Part shown: positions 38,435 through 52,155 of the stretch, piece after piece | Numbering within the stretch: position 1 is the stretch's first letter | Layout: each line of letters opens with the position of its first letter | Origin: Octopus vulgaris | Taxonomy: Eukaryota | Reading direction: 5' to 3' | Assembly: GCA_951406725.2 (NCBI GenBank) | Contig: OX597834.1 | Span: 37,448,001-37,512,000, forward strand | DNA: 64,000 nt | Notes under the pieces: generated by a model | The model's database searches: none | What the model was told of the DNA's origin: nothing | Seen by the model: only the letters and a program-made list of their open reading frames with translations | Translations under genes and position numbers: made by a program

Positions 38435-38925
38435 TAACTATTCCTAAAGTCCAAATAGTTACATACATACACTTTATTTACATTATTTACATTTTACAGA
38501 TATTTGTCCTCATCTTGTTTGTTGGTAACACAACATTTCAGCTGATATACCCTCCAGCTTTTGTTCTCCCAGGGCTACAATAGGAGTCACTTACTCATGG
38601 TGGAACTGAACCCAAGACTACATGGTTGGGAAGCAAGCTCTTTAACCACATGGCCATACCTGTTCATAAGCCTAGTGAAATCATAGTCGTAGCAGATACT
38701 GGTGCCATGCAACTGGTACCCATGCTGATGGCATGCAAAAGCACCCAATACAGTCTCAAAGTGGTTGGCATTAGAGATGGCATCCAGTCACAGAAACCAT
38801 GCCAAATAAGACTGGAGTGTGGTACAGCCTTCCAGCTTACCAGCCCTAGTTAAACTGTCCAACAGATGCCAGCATGGCATCTGTTGGACGGTTAAATGAT
38901 GATGATGATATATATATATATATAT

Positions 38926-39153
38926 AGGCAAGCTGGCAGAATCGTTAGCATGCCAGGCGAAAGGCTTAGTGGTATTTCGTCTGCCGCTACGTTCTGAGTT
39001 CAATTTCCGCCGAGGTCGACTTTGCCTTTCATCCTTTCAGGGTCAATTAAATAAGTACCAGCTACACACTGGGGTCAATGTAATCAACTTAATCCCTTTG
39101 TCTGTCTTTGTTTGTCACCTCTATGTTTAGCCCCTTGTGGGCAATAAAGAAAT
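38926..39153 (+). mobile_element. Full monomeric family A SINE
   Basis: Runs from ggcaagctggcagaatcgttagc through aaagaaatag, flanked by (TA)n. Confidence 0.9.
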
Positions 39154-39198
39154 AGATATATATATATAAATATATATGGTTCAGGTGCCTCGTAAAAA

Positions 39199-39330
39199 GC
39201 ATTGGTAAGCACTGAGACCAATGTATTTCTGTGCAAGGTGACTATTTTGAGGGGGATGATGTTAAAACTTAGGTAAATAAGTTATTTCTTCTTAACCAAT
39301 CTGTGGACTTTTTTATACCATCTTAGATCA
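39199..39330 (+). pseudogene. Mariner C-terminal remnant
   Basis: H*DQCISVQGDYFEGDDVKT* matches the mariner RW.KCI...GDYFEG terminus. Confidence 0.55.
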
Positions 39331-39587
39331 GTGTCCTTTTTTTAGTTGTCATGGTCACAAACAGTTTTGTCACTGTACTCTCCAGCTGGCTTCAGGCACC
39401 TGTCATATTCAGTAAAGTTCACAGAATTTGGAATGCAGCACTGATAATTCCATGAATGGAGATTGGTTTCATTTCACTATTTTTACCAAAAATATTCTGC
39501 TTATTTCTAATGCCATTTATCTATTTATTTTGTTTTTGTTACTGTTCAACCAAAACATACATATATATATATATATATACATATATA

Positions 39588-39769
39588 GGGAGAGTTTTCG
39601 AAAAACAAAAGACAAAGACAGGTGGTGTACAAAACAAACAGATGTATTAGTATAACGCTCAGGAATAGAAAAAGTGATTTACGTTTCGAGCCTACACTCT
39701 TCTACAGAAAGGGACACAGAAAAAACAAGGAGAGAAAAAAATGTGTGTAGCAACTAACGATCTATCATG

Positions 39770-39772
<3 letters not shown>
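39588..39772 (-). mobile_element. Short repeat carrying a minimal hammerhead-like motif (39678-39710); second copy at about 61945-62105
   Basis: Both copies share aaagacaaagac.ggtg...atgtattagt...gagcct..(a/g)ctcttc.acagaaagg, and both lie beside (TA)n tracts. Confidence 0.7.
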
Positions 39773-39815
<43 letters not shown>

Positions 39816-40114
39816 CATGAGTAAAGTTACTTAACAAAATCAGAAATTATTTAAGACTCAACCCAGTGTGTGTATGTGTGTGTGACCACCACTTGACAAC
39901 TGGTGTTGGTGTGTTTTTACCTCCCCATGACTTAGCTGTTCAGCAAAAGAGACCAACAGAACAAGTATCAGGCTTAAATGGTAAAAAAGTAAGTATTGAG
40001 GTCAATTCAGTCAGCCAAAAATTCTTCAAGGCAGTGCCCCAGCATGGCCACAGTCTAATGACTGAAACAAGTAAAAGAATAAAAGAAAGATATCAGAGAA
40101 GGCGTAGCATGCTT

Positions 40115-40372
40115 TATCTCTCTCTTCCTCTCTCTCTTCTTCTCTCCCTCTCCCTCCTCTCTTCCTCTCTTCCCCCTCCTCTCTCTCCCTACCTCTCCCT
40201 ACCTCTCCCTCCCTCCCCCTTTCTCTCTTCCCCTCCTCTCTATCTCTTCCTCTCTCTCTCTCTCCCTTTCTCTCTCCTTCCCCCTCTCTCTCTTCTCCTT
40301 CCCTCCCTCCTCTCTCCCTCCCCCTTTCCCTCTATTCCTTTCTCTCCCTCTCTCCCTCTCCCCCTCTCCCTT
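40115..40372. repeat. Homopyrimidine (CT-rich) tract of about 260 bp
   Basis: Plus strand is nearly all C/T. Confidence 0.95.
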
Positions 40373-41152
40373 TGATTCTTCATTCTATGCTCTCTGTTCC
40401 TCAGTTTTTACCTTCTACAAAATATTTCCGAATCTAAAAGAATGAGATTGAAATATCCGTCAGTTCTCTTCCAAGGGGGTAAAAACTGTTTTTCTAAGAT
40501 TTGCAATATATTGACATAGTCTGGCAGTCTCAATTTTTGTTTTGGTATATGTGTGTGGGTGTAGCTTGTTTTCATAATAGCTCCATTATTTTAAACCATA
40601 TAAATATATATACACACACACATATATATAAGCATATATACATTTTATACATATATACATACACACACATACACATTTATACATATATATTTATAAAAAT
40701 ACACACATACATACACAACCATACACACACGCACATGATAAAACTATACATACACATAACACACAGTTTCCATCAACCAAATTCACTTACAAGGCATTGA
40801 TTGGCCCAAGGCTATGTTAGAAGGTGCCATGGAGTGGGACTGAAACCCAAAACCATTTGATTGCAAAGCAAACTTCTTAACCACACAGTCACACCTGTAC
40901 CCATCATATCTAAATTAACCATGTATTTTCCAGCAGGAATTTTCCTTGAAAATACTTCAATAAAAACAAAGAAGAGAACCCAGAACCCAACCCTTTTCTA
41001 AGAAAACAATGGCAGATTCTGTGATGACATTTACCATTTCCGATTGAGTAGGTGTTGCGTATATCCCATATCTCTGTTCAATTTCATGTCATTCCTAATA
41101 ATTCACCAGGTAAGATTCACTTTTCTAGTGGCATTTTCATACTCTGTCATTA

Positions 41153-41452
<300 letters not shown>

Positions 41453-43299
41453 CATATATATACATGCATGTATGTATGTATTTGTTTGTTTTTTAATATA
41501 GAGAAATGCTGCATCGGTTGATATTGTATTATCTTTTACGTGCAGAATTGGCACCATTTTATTTTGTTATATAAGGACAGAGTGTTCTTGGTGATTGATC
41601 ATTCAATATGCTTTAGTCACCACCCACCTCATATATACATATATATGTGTGTGTGTGTGGGTGTGTGTGTGCGTGTGAGTGTGTATTTTATAAAAATATA
41701 TATATATATATATATACATGTATGTGTATATATATATATATGTACATATATGTATGTACATATATATGTATATATATGTGTGTGTGTGTGTGTGTATATA
41801 TGTATATATATATATGTATATTTAGGTGTGTGTATATACATGTATATATATGTGTGTGTATGTATATATATATATACACATACATATATATATATGTATA
41901 TACACATACATACAACTATATATATGTATATACACATGCATACATATATATATTTATATATACATACATATAAATATGTATGTATGTATGTATGTGTCTT
42001 GATAAATCCATGCTGTTTCTTTTCCCTTTCATACCTGAAAGTGGACTTAGGGTTAAAGAAACAGATCTTGAAGTAACCCACTCTTATTACAATCTCATTT
42101 CTTTCAGGTTTTCCCTTCCCCTTGAGGAATGCAACTTTAGTTCAGTAAACAATTACTTTTGCACAGGAATTCTGAAGAATTTACCATTAAGTTGACAGTT
42201 TTGAAATTATGTTCTGTTTCCTGAGTGGTTCAGTTTTTATTTCCTTGTTTTTTTCTTTTTTGGAGATTTTTTTTTCTTCTGATATAACATTTCTTTCTAA
42301 TTTTGACACAAAGCAAGCAATTCTGAGGGGAGAGAGAAAAGTAAATTATGTGAACCCCAGTTCTTGAATGATATTTATATTATCGACCTTGGAAATACAA
42401 AAGGGGAAGTCTACCTTGGTGCCCTTTGAACTCAGAAAGCAGAATTGGTAAAAATGCCACTAAGCATTCTGTCCAACATGGTCAAGACTTTCACAGCTCA
42501 TGCCTACTTCTTTAAGACAATAATGGCTTCAAATTTTGGTATAAGGTCAGGATTTTTGGGACGGGGTGGGGGTAAGTCGATTACATCGACCCCAGTACTC
42601 AACTGGTACTTATTTTTTCAATCCCGAAATGATGAAAGGCAAAGTTGACATCCACAGAATTTGTACTAAAGAACATAAAAGCAAACAAAATGCTTCTAAA
42701 GAATTTGCTCAGCATCCAAGGGATTCTACCAGCTGATTTTTTTTCATCTAGTTTCAGCTCACAAGCTGTGGCCATGCTGGGGCTGCCTTCTTTTCTAATA
42801 TATTATTAATACTGTTTCTTATTCAGCTATGTAATTGTTGCTATGGTTTTTTAGCCCGAGGTGAGTCCTGATTGAGCAAACCTGTGACTCAAGACAATCC
42901 AGCAATCATCATTCCATTATCATCATCATCGTTTAATCTCCTCTTTCTATGTTGGAATAGGTTGGATGGTTTGATCAAGAGATGGCAAGCCAGAAGGCTG
43001 CACCAAGGCTCCAATCTGATCTGGCAATGTTTCTACTGCTGGATGCCCTTCCTAAAGTCAACCACTCCATGAGTGTAGTGAATGCTTTTTACATGCCACC
43101 AGCATGGGGGCCAGTCAGCCGGCACTGACATCAACCACGCTCGAATGGTGCTTTTTACGTGTCACTGGCACAGGTGCCAATCAGGCAGTACTGGAATCGG
43201 CCACGACAACAACTTCATGTTTTTAGTTTTCTTTTCTAATATAATATTAACATTGTTCTTTGTGCATCTGTAGCTGTGTTTGACATTATTTCTATTGAA

Positions 43300-43512
43300 T
43301 AATTGTTGTTGCGGTTTTTTTTTTAGCCCCAGGCCAGTTCTGATGGAGCAGATTTATGATTAAAGACAACCCAGCAATCTTCATCCTTTCTTTCTTTTCT
43401 CTCAGTGCATAATGTATCTACAATGCCATCGTTTATTTTTAAGACAGTACACATTACATAAGTGGTGATTTGGATGCTATTTCTAGCAAATTGAACAACC
43501 ATAGAGTCACAC
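43300..43512 (+). repeat. Unclassified dispersed repeat ending gatttgg.tgctatttctagca
   Basis: The head ttttagcccc.gg...ctgat.gagca.a..t.tga.t.aagacaa is also at 42850. The tail motif recurs near 1345, 3156 and 62885, and reversed at 2757, 14525 and 54987. Confidence 0.55.
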
Positions 43513-45079
43513 TGTCAGTTATTGAATAGTCTGCAGTGTTTATTATGCCTGGGGGGAATATACTTTCTGATTAACACAGCGAAATTCCTAACTACATTTT
43601 GATATTACACTTTCACTGAACAACAGGTTGAACTACAGAAATTTTTATTTTCCATGCTTGTTAGATTTCTGCTGTCACTTGGGTATCGATAATGAATTTA
43701 TCTTCTCATATAGACCACATCTTTGTAAGATATTCTTGTAAAAACGAACAACTTTGTTAATGGTGGTCCTGTCTAGAGATATATCAGATATTACTACACT
43801 TATATTACTAAGTAAATTCGTTATAATATTTGTTTAGAGGCCTTGTTTATATATATATATGTATGTATGTATAATAACTATTGAATAGTTAATGATTGAA
43901 TGTCAAAGCCGTATATACTGAAGACTCAATTATCTGGAGCTCTATATCCTAACACTTCGATATATTAAATAATAAAACAAACGTAAATTATGTAACGACA
44001 GCAGAAAAGCATAATTATTAGAACGGTAGACAAACTGTTTTGTTCTGTGTGTACCTTTGCGCACTTTACATTGTGGGTTCAATCCCCGTTGCAGTTGACA
44101 TTGACTTTCTTCCTTTACAAGTTGTTAAAATAAACTACAAATGTATTTTGTATGTCCAACACTAATAACCTTCCCAGATTGGCAGAAGCGTTACAGTGAT
44201 GAACAAAATGGTTTTCACTTTGTCTCTACTCCTTACATTCTGAGTTCAAATCCTGCTATAGTCAGTATTGCCTTTTTTTTTTTCATTCAGGGATAAATAA
44301 AACAAAAGATAAAATAAAATGAAGGTGCAGGAGTGACTGTGTGGTAAGAAGCTTGCTTCCCAACCACATGGCTCTGGGTTCAGTCCCATTGTGTGACACC
44401 TTGGGCAAGTGTCTTCTACTATAGCCTCAGGCCAACCAAAGCCTTGTAAGTGGATTTGGTTGACAGAAACTTAAAGAAGCCCATCATACATATATATATG
44501 TATATGTTTGTGTGACTGTGCTTGACAACTGATGCTGGTGTCCTTACATCCCCGTAACTTAGCAGTTTGGCAAAAAGAGACTGATAGAATAAGTACTAGG
44601 CTTACATCATCAGCAATGGCTACCCAAACAGACCCATGGACCCAAACAGACCCATGGGTTGGGGAGTTTCCACCTGAGTGGTCCAAAGGTGTCATATAGA
44701 ATTTATTTTATGGCTTGTTGTCTCTTATATTTTGAATTACGTATATATGGGGCACCAAAATCTTTCAGGTGCTTAGGGCTTCCAAGGGTCTTGATTGAGC
44801 CCATCTAATATGTCTTTCTTAAGATGGTAGGGCGTAATTTAAGGGATGAATTTGGTTAGTGCTTCTTCTTGTTCAAGATAGAAGTTTAAGTTGATATGCA
44901 ATTGTGGTATTTAGTTACATCCCTTTATGTTTTGAGTTAAAATCCCAGTAATGTCAACCTTGCTTTTCATCCTTCTGAGGTCAATAAATTAAATACCAGT
45001 CATACGCTAGGAGATTGATCTTAATTGACTTTCATTTTCGATCAGAATCTGTAGCCTTATACCAATATAGCAATGCGAC

Positions 45080-45710
45080 ACCATCATCACCACCATCCCT
45101 TCCATGACCATTATCATCATCATCATCATCATCATCACCATTCCTATTGTCACTATCATCACCACCACCACCATCATCATCATCATCATTTTCATGGCTG
45201 TCATCATCACCATGATGACATAACACTGTGTTGTAGTATCCACCACACACACCACATCCCGTACTTCTGTCTAGAACACTACCATACAATGGCCCATACC
45301 ACAGCATGTCACAGTCTCGACCTCTGTTAATAATTGCATCCTTTGAACTCCAGATGTATTTGGACAGTGCGGCGGCCATTCTGCTAATGTCGTCTTTATC
45401 ACCACTACCACCATCACCATCATCATCATTACCACTTCGAAAATCATCATCAGGTTTCTGTCATCACCAGCACTGCTGCCACCACCACCATTACCATCAT
45501 CATCCTCATCATCGTCATCATCATCATTACTACCAAGAATATCCGCATCATCATCATCAGCACAATCATCATCAATCTCGTCTCTGTCATCATCATCATC
45601 GTCAATATCATCATCATCATCAATATCATCATCATCATCAATATCATCACTGTCGTCGTTCATAATCATCATCATCATCATCGTAATCGTCATCAATAAC
45701 AGCATCACAT
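45080..45710. repeat. (CAT)n/(CAC)n low-complexity tract
   Basis: Directly visible. Confidence 0.9.
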
Positions 45711-46967
45711 TTCAGTAACAAATAATAGTAGCTATTCATTCATTTGTTTATTTTTTTTTTACCTTTTTTTTTATTCCCCCACCCCACCCCACCACCGTTC
45801 TATAATTCTTTCATTCCATCAATCCAAAAGTGGAAAGAAAAAAAAACACAAAGTACAAAAAAAAAACCTTAAAAAAAAACCCAACAGCAAAAAAAAAATA
45901 GAAAAAAAAAACTCACTAGAAATTATTCTTTGCCATTCTCCTATTATTGTCAACATTTGAGTTTATTTCAGGCTTTTTTTTTATGGATTTTAGGAAGTAA
46001 TAACAGCTAATTTAGAAATATTTTTGTTGCTATTTTTCCTTGTGAAATGTTGGATGGATTTTTGTATGTGTCATTCTATTTTATTTTATTTTATTTTTTT
46101 TATTATTATTTTTTTGTTTATTTCTCGTAATTTTTTTTTTGACTATTTATCTTTTTTTTTTTTTCGTCATTTCCCTGTCTTCCACTTCTTTTTGCAACAA
46201 CACCTGTCTTGTTTGTATTGCAACACCAAAATCTGTTGGTTTAATATAGCATTACACTAGATTCTGCCTTAATGCACATAAAATGCTTATTTGCATTAGC
46301 TTTCCTCTCTTTCTCCTCCTTTCTCTTCTTCGCCGTTGTCGTCTCTCCTTCTTTCATCTGTGCAAGTCAATAATGGGCAGGTTTTTGTGTTGAATGATGC
46401 ACCTGTAATGTGTGTGCTTGCATGCATTTGTGCATATATGTGCACATGAGCACAATAAACATATAAGTGCATACATCTACGCAAACAGCCACATATATAT
46501 ATATATATATATATATGATGAACGATGATATATCTATATGTATATAAGTGCATGCAAACATGCTTATAGACACATTTGCATATATGCATGCAGTCCACAC
46601 ACACAAACACTCATATAGACATACACACATATGCATGCACACACACACACACATACATGTACTCATATATGTGTGCACGTATGCTGTTTACTTATAAGTA
46701 CTTACCTCTAGACACACACATATATAAGCATAGACAAACACACACTTACAGACACATATTCATATACATGACTATAGTTACATTACTGACACAAACACAT
46801 ATATATATATATACACACACATACGCTTATACAGATGCTCATACATATGTAAGTACATACACACATAAACTCAATTATCTATGTACACATGCACTCTTAC
46901 ATTTACAGATACTTATGTACACAACGCATATATATACATACATATATATTTATAAATATATGTACAA

Positions 46968-47076
<109 letters not shown>

Positions 47077-47103
47077 TTATATATACATATGTGTATATGT
47101 GTA

Positions 47104-47137
<34 letters not shown>

Positions 47138-47142
47138 CACAC

Positions 47143-47175
<33 letters not shown>

Positions 47176-47847
47176 CACACATGCATACATATATTTATAA
47201 GTATATGTATAAACATACATTAGTCATGTGCACACGTGAACATTTTGTTTAGACACAGTTCACCATCCACATACAAATATATTCATTTATGCACACTACT
47301 CTACACACACACATGCGCACGTACACTCGTAAACATAGGCACACACAGAGACACAAACGAACGCAAACACAAACATAGCACGCACATACATGTACACACA
47401 AACCATTATACATACACACCGAAACACACACACACATACATAAATACACACAGAGTGAGACACATACAAACACGCATGTACATATTGCATTGGCATCTTC
47501 TTGTATCACAGAAGATAAAAGACCGACTTAAAATCTACAGATTTATTCACTCAGTGGAATGGTAAAATAATGTTCTACAAAATTCTTCTAGTGCAATGTC
47601 TGCGTTGACTTACTACAGCTCATATCGTAGCATATAGCATTACCAGACAATGCTGTATACTACTGTATGTCTTAGTATTTGCTATGCTATGCCTTATGCT
47701 GCTATTACAACCCCCATCGCGTACTATTCTATGTCAAGGTATCTACCAAACTCCACCCCCATACTAATGTCTACAATACTTTTACTCTTCACTTTGTACC
47801 ATTGTATATCTTAGTGTCCACCGCTGTTGATGTGATCATCCTTTCAG

Positions 47848-48432
47848 ACAGCAAGCTGGCAGAACTGTTAGGACATCGAGCAAAATGTTTATCGGTATTT
47901 TGTCTGCCGCTACGTTCTGAGTTCAAATTCCGCAGAAGTCGACTTTGCCCTTCATCCATTCAGGGTCGATAAATTAAGTACCAGTTAGGCACTGGGGTCG
48001 ATATAATCGACTTAATCCGTTTGTCTGTCCTTGTTTGTCCTCTCTATGTTTAGCCCCTTGTGGGTAGTAAAGAAATAGGTATTTCGTCTGCCACTGCATT
48101 CTGAGTTCAAATTCCACCGAGGTCAACTTTGCCTTTCATTCTTCCGAGGTCGATTAAATAAGTACCAGTTACGCACTGGGGTCAATGTAATCGACTTAAT
48201 CCGTTTGTCTGTCCTTGTTTGTCCTCTCTGTGTTTAGCCCCTTGTGGGTAGTAAAGAAATAGGTATTTCGTCTGCCACTGCGTTCTGAGTTGAAATTCTG
48301 CCGAGGTCGACTTTACCTTTCATCCTTTCGGGGTCGATAAATTAAGTACCAGTTGCATACTGGGGTCAATGTAATTGACTGTTCCCCCCTCGCCCTAAAA
48401 CTTTCGGGCCTTGTGCCTAGAGTAGAAAAGAA
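47848..48432 (+). mobile_element. Trimeric family A SINE (184-bp units)
   Basis: ggtattt.gtctgcc unit starts at 47894, 48078 and 48262 behind a single head. The third unit ends in the alternative ggccttgtgcctagagtagaaaagaat tail. Confidence 0.9.
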
Positions 48433-49028
48433 TCATTAGCATGCTGGCCAAGATTCTTAGTGGTATTTTGTCCATCTTCAGGTTCTGAGTTCAAACTTCA
48501 TGGAGTCGATTATGTCTTTCATCCTTTTGGAGCTGATAAAATAAGCACCTGTTGAGCACCAGAGTCGATATAACCAACTTCGCTCTTTGAAATACAGGTA
48601 AAACTCCTTTTTGTCAACTGAATGGACTGGACACAACACGTTGCTGGAAATTGAGCTCATGATCTTACGATCATAAGCCGAATAACCTAACCATTAAGCC
48701 ACGTGCCTTCACTCAGGTGGTTTAACACCCAGCATTATTAGGGAGTTTGCCCTAAGTGCTATCCCACAGCAAACAAGGTGAATAAACAAGGCACATACAT
48801 TGTGTATATGCAATTGATATATATATATATATATATGTGCGTGTGTGTGAGTGTGTGTGAGACAGGCTTCTTTCAGTTTCTGTCTACCAGATTCACTCAT
48901 AAGGCTTTTGTCAGCTTGAGGCTACAGTAGAAGACACTTTCCCAAGGTGCCACACAGTGTGACTGAACCCAGAACCATGTGGTTGGGAAACAAGCTTCTT
49001 ACCACACAGCCACTCCTGCACCTATATA

Positions 49029-50284
49029 CAGGCTTTGGACAAAATAATGGAATTACCTAGCATCATAGCGTCATAATTCTGAAATATCTATAAATCCATC
49101 AAAAACTTTTTTTTTTTGTGATTTATTATTACTGTTGCTAAAATTGCTATCTTTTGCTAAAATTGCTGTTTCTTTTCAGATATCATCAGAAAAAGGTAAT
49201 TAAAATTAATCAAAATGACAGATCTATCAGACTTTAAAAGAGGTCAAATTCTTCATTTTCGTATGGCAGGTGCTAATGTAACAAAAACAGTCGAAATGTT
49301 TGGTGTATTAAGAAGTACAGTCTCAAAAGTAATGACAGCCTTTTGAGAAAGAGGGAAAAACCTCCTCATTGAAACAAAACTCCAGAAGAAAACCAAAACT
49401 TTCAGATAGGGAGCATTGGACTCTTACACGAATTGTTAGAAAGGGTCACAAAAGTACAGCTCCCAAAATTACTGCAGAGCTTAATGACCACCTCAAGAAC
49501 CCAGTTTCCACAAAAACTGTTTGCCAGGAGCTGCATAAAGCCAGATTTCATGGGAGGGCTGCAATCAGCAAATCACTGCTTTCAAAAACAAACATTGCAA
49601 AGCATTTGGAGTGGAGTAAAAACCCTAGAGCAGTGGAAAAATGTTATTTTCTTGAACAAGTCATCCTTTACCCTATTTCTGACCACCAGCTAATTATATA
49701 TATGGAGACAGCCAAGAGAAGCATTTGACCCAGACTGCTTTCTTCCAACTGTTAAACACAGAGGAGGATCTGTGATGATCTGGCAGGCTATATCTTGGAA
49801 ATCCACTGGCCCAATGGTTTCCCTTCTTGGCAGAATTAATAGTGAAGACTACTTGAGTATTTTATCTGATCAAATTCATCCTATGGTTGCGGAACTGTTG
49901 CCGAAGGGAAATGCAATCTTTCACGATGATAATGCACCAATTCACACAGCTAAAGTTGTTACTGAATGGCACGAGGAACATTCTAGTGAAGTTTAACAGC
50001 TTATCTGGCCACCACAGTCCTGAGATGTCAATATTATTGAACATTTATGGTGCATTTTAGAAAATAAGTAAAGAGTTGATATCCTCCGCCATCATCACTA
50101 CAAGAACTGTACACTGTTTTAGCAGAAAAATGGACAACAATTCCTTTGGAAACAATTCAAACTTTGTACGAGCCCATACCTTGTAGAATTCAAGCTGTAA
50201 TTACTACCAAAGGTGGTCCTACCCCATATTAAAATAAATTTGTTTGAAATTTTAAGGTGTTTCCATTATTTTGTCCAACCCCTG
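49029..50284 (+). mobile_element. Full-length Tc1/mariner-superfamily DNA transposon (1256 bp), DD36E spacing
   Basis: 30-bp TIRs caggctttggacaaaataatggaattacct / aggtgtttccattattttgtccaacccctg (26/30), with TA on both sides (49027-28, 50285-86). Confidence 0.95.
49215..50232 (+). pseudogene. Disrupted Tc1-like transposase
   Basis: MTDLSDFKRGQI...SRRKPKLSDR...TAPKITAELN...VIFLNKSSF (first D lost)...TVKHRGGSVMIW...FHDDNAPIHTAK...WPPQS*DVNIIEHLW...KGGPTPY*. Several frameshifts and stops. Confidence 0.93.
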
Positions 50285-50294
50285 TATATACTCT

Positions 50295-50710
50295 TTTTAA
50301 TCTTTTACTCTTTTACATGTTTCAGTTATTTGACTGCAGCCATGCTGGAGCACCGCCTTTAGTCAAGCAAATCGACCCCGGGACTTATTCTTTGTAAGCC
50401 CAGTACTTATTCTATCAGTCTCTTTTGCCGAACTGCTAAGTGACGGGGATGTAAACACACCAGCATCGGTTGTCAAGCAATGCTAGGGGGACAAACACAG
50501 ACACACAAACATATACACACACACATATATATATACACATATATACGACAGGCTTCTTTCAGTTTCCGTCTACCAAATCCACTCACAAGGCATTGGTCGG
50601 CCCGGGGCTATAGCAGAAGACACTTGCCCAAGATGCCACGCAGTGGGACTGAACCCGGAACCATGTGGCTGGTAGGCAAGCTACTTACCACACAGCCACT
50701 CCTGCGCCTA
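50295..50710 (-). mobile_element. SINE family B, full-length low-divergence copy
   Basis: Reverse complement begins ggcgcaggagtggctgtgtggtaagtagcttgcctacc and ends aagtaaaagag-type repeats. Many CpGs are retained. Confidence 0.9.
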
Positions 50711-51747
50711 TATATATATATTTATAACACAAATCTTCCTATTTTTGTGCTTTTTTCTGTTCTACGTTAGCTATTTCTTTAGCAATAAGTAAAACTCCAT
50801 GTTCTTCCTGCTCATCAACAGGAACAGATTCCAGCATTACCCTCTCTCTCTCTATTTGATCTCGTTAACACAGATAAGAACTTCGTTTTCCTCTCCTGGT
50901 TATTATATTCAACCAATGACTGAATCTGCCTTTTGACTTTGACTCTGCATCTAGTCATAGCTTCGTAAGTCACACATCAACGAGAATATTTAACATAATG
51001 AAACCAGATCAAATGTTAATGCTTTTAATAAGCTTAACTATGGAAAGAAATCAAAGACATAAAAGAAGTTGTTTGCTTAATGAAGCAAGTCTGAGAGTTA
51101 TGCTTAAAACACCAATATAACTATGGAACGCAATCAAAGCCATAATAGAAATTTTTCACATAATAAATCAATGTTATAAAGATATGTAAATTTATGCAAA
51201 ATAGAGATAAGAACATTTAGAAAAAGTTGAATTTCCCAGGATCCTCCTCCTCCCCATCATCATCATTTTAATGTCCACTTTTTTTTTGTCTGCATGTGTC
51301 ACGAAGTTTATTGAGGTGCATTTTCTTTGGTAGGATGCCCTTCCAGTCACCAAACCTTACCTGCTTTTCCAAGCAAGGTAATACTTGCCTGTGGTCAGAC
51401 AGGATATCCCAGAATATTGAAAATGAATGCCATTTATTTACAGCAATCATGTTATGTCGAGGCAAGGAGATACTGATATGCCAAAGCACAAACACATGCA
51501 TACATGGGGTGGCCAGAAACAGTCTGGAAGAGGATAACAAAAAAGAAAATGCTTACAGACAAAGCTGACCGTAATGAGACCGATGGGTCAACAGAATATG
51601 GATGGAACTTGAAAATTAAAACAGCTACTAGGTTAAAACTCAACGAAACAGTTAACAAGGAAAAGATCTGTTGTGGAAATCCGCTGCCCACTCAATACGA
51701 ATGTGGTTTAAAAATACAAGGGAAAGAACACATTCCTTTAAGTAACA

Positions 51748-51798
<51 letters not shown>

Positions 51799-52082
51799 TT
51801 ATCCATCTATCAATCAATCCATCTATCTATCTATCTATCCATCTATCAATCCATCTATCTGTCTATCTATCAATCTGTCTATCTATCAATCTGTCTATCT
51901 ATCTATCTATCAATCTGTCTATCTATCAATCTGTCTATCTATCTATCAATCTATCTATCTATCAATCTATCTATTTATTATCTATCAATCTATCTATCGA
52001 TCTGTCTATCTATCAATCTGTCTATTTATCAATCTATCTATCTATCAATCTATCTATCTATCAATCTATCAATCTATTTATA
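51748..52082. repeat. (TCTA)n/(TCAA)/(TCTG) compound tetranucleotide tract
   Basis: Directly visible. Confidence 0.95.
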
Positions 52083-52124
52083 TAGATATGTGTGCATGTA
52101 TGTGTATTTGTGTGTGCGTGTATG

Positions 52125-52155
<31 letters not shown>

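Noticed and set aside
44620-44657. 18-bp direct duplication acccaaacagacccatgg
   Set aside because: Simple local slippage duplication with no further structure.
50640-50710. tRNA-like sequences with A and B boxes
   Set aside because: They are SINE heads continuous with SINE bodies; no complete cloverleaf was found.
51504-52085. 193-aa ORF with a complex N-terminal part
   Set aside because: The C-terminal portion is (TCTA)n, and the first 80 residues match no family I recognise.
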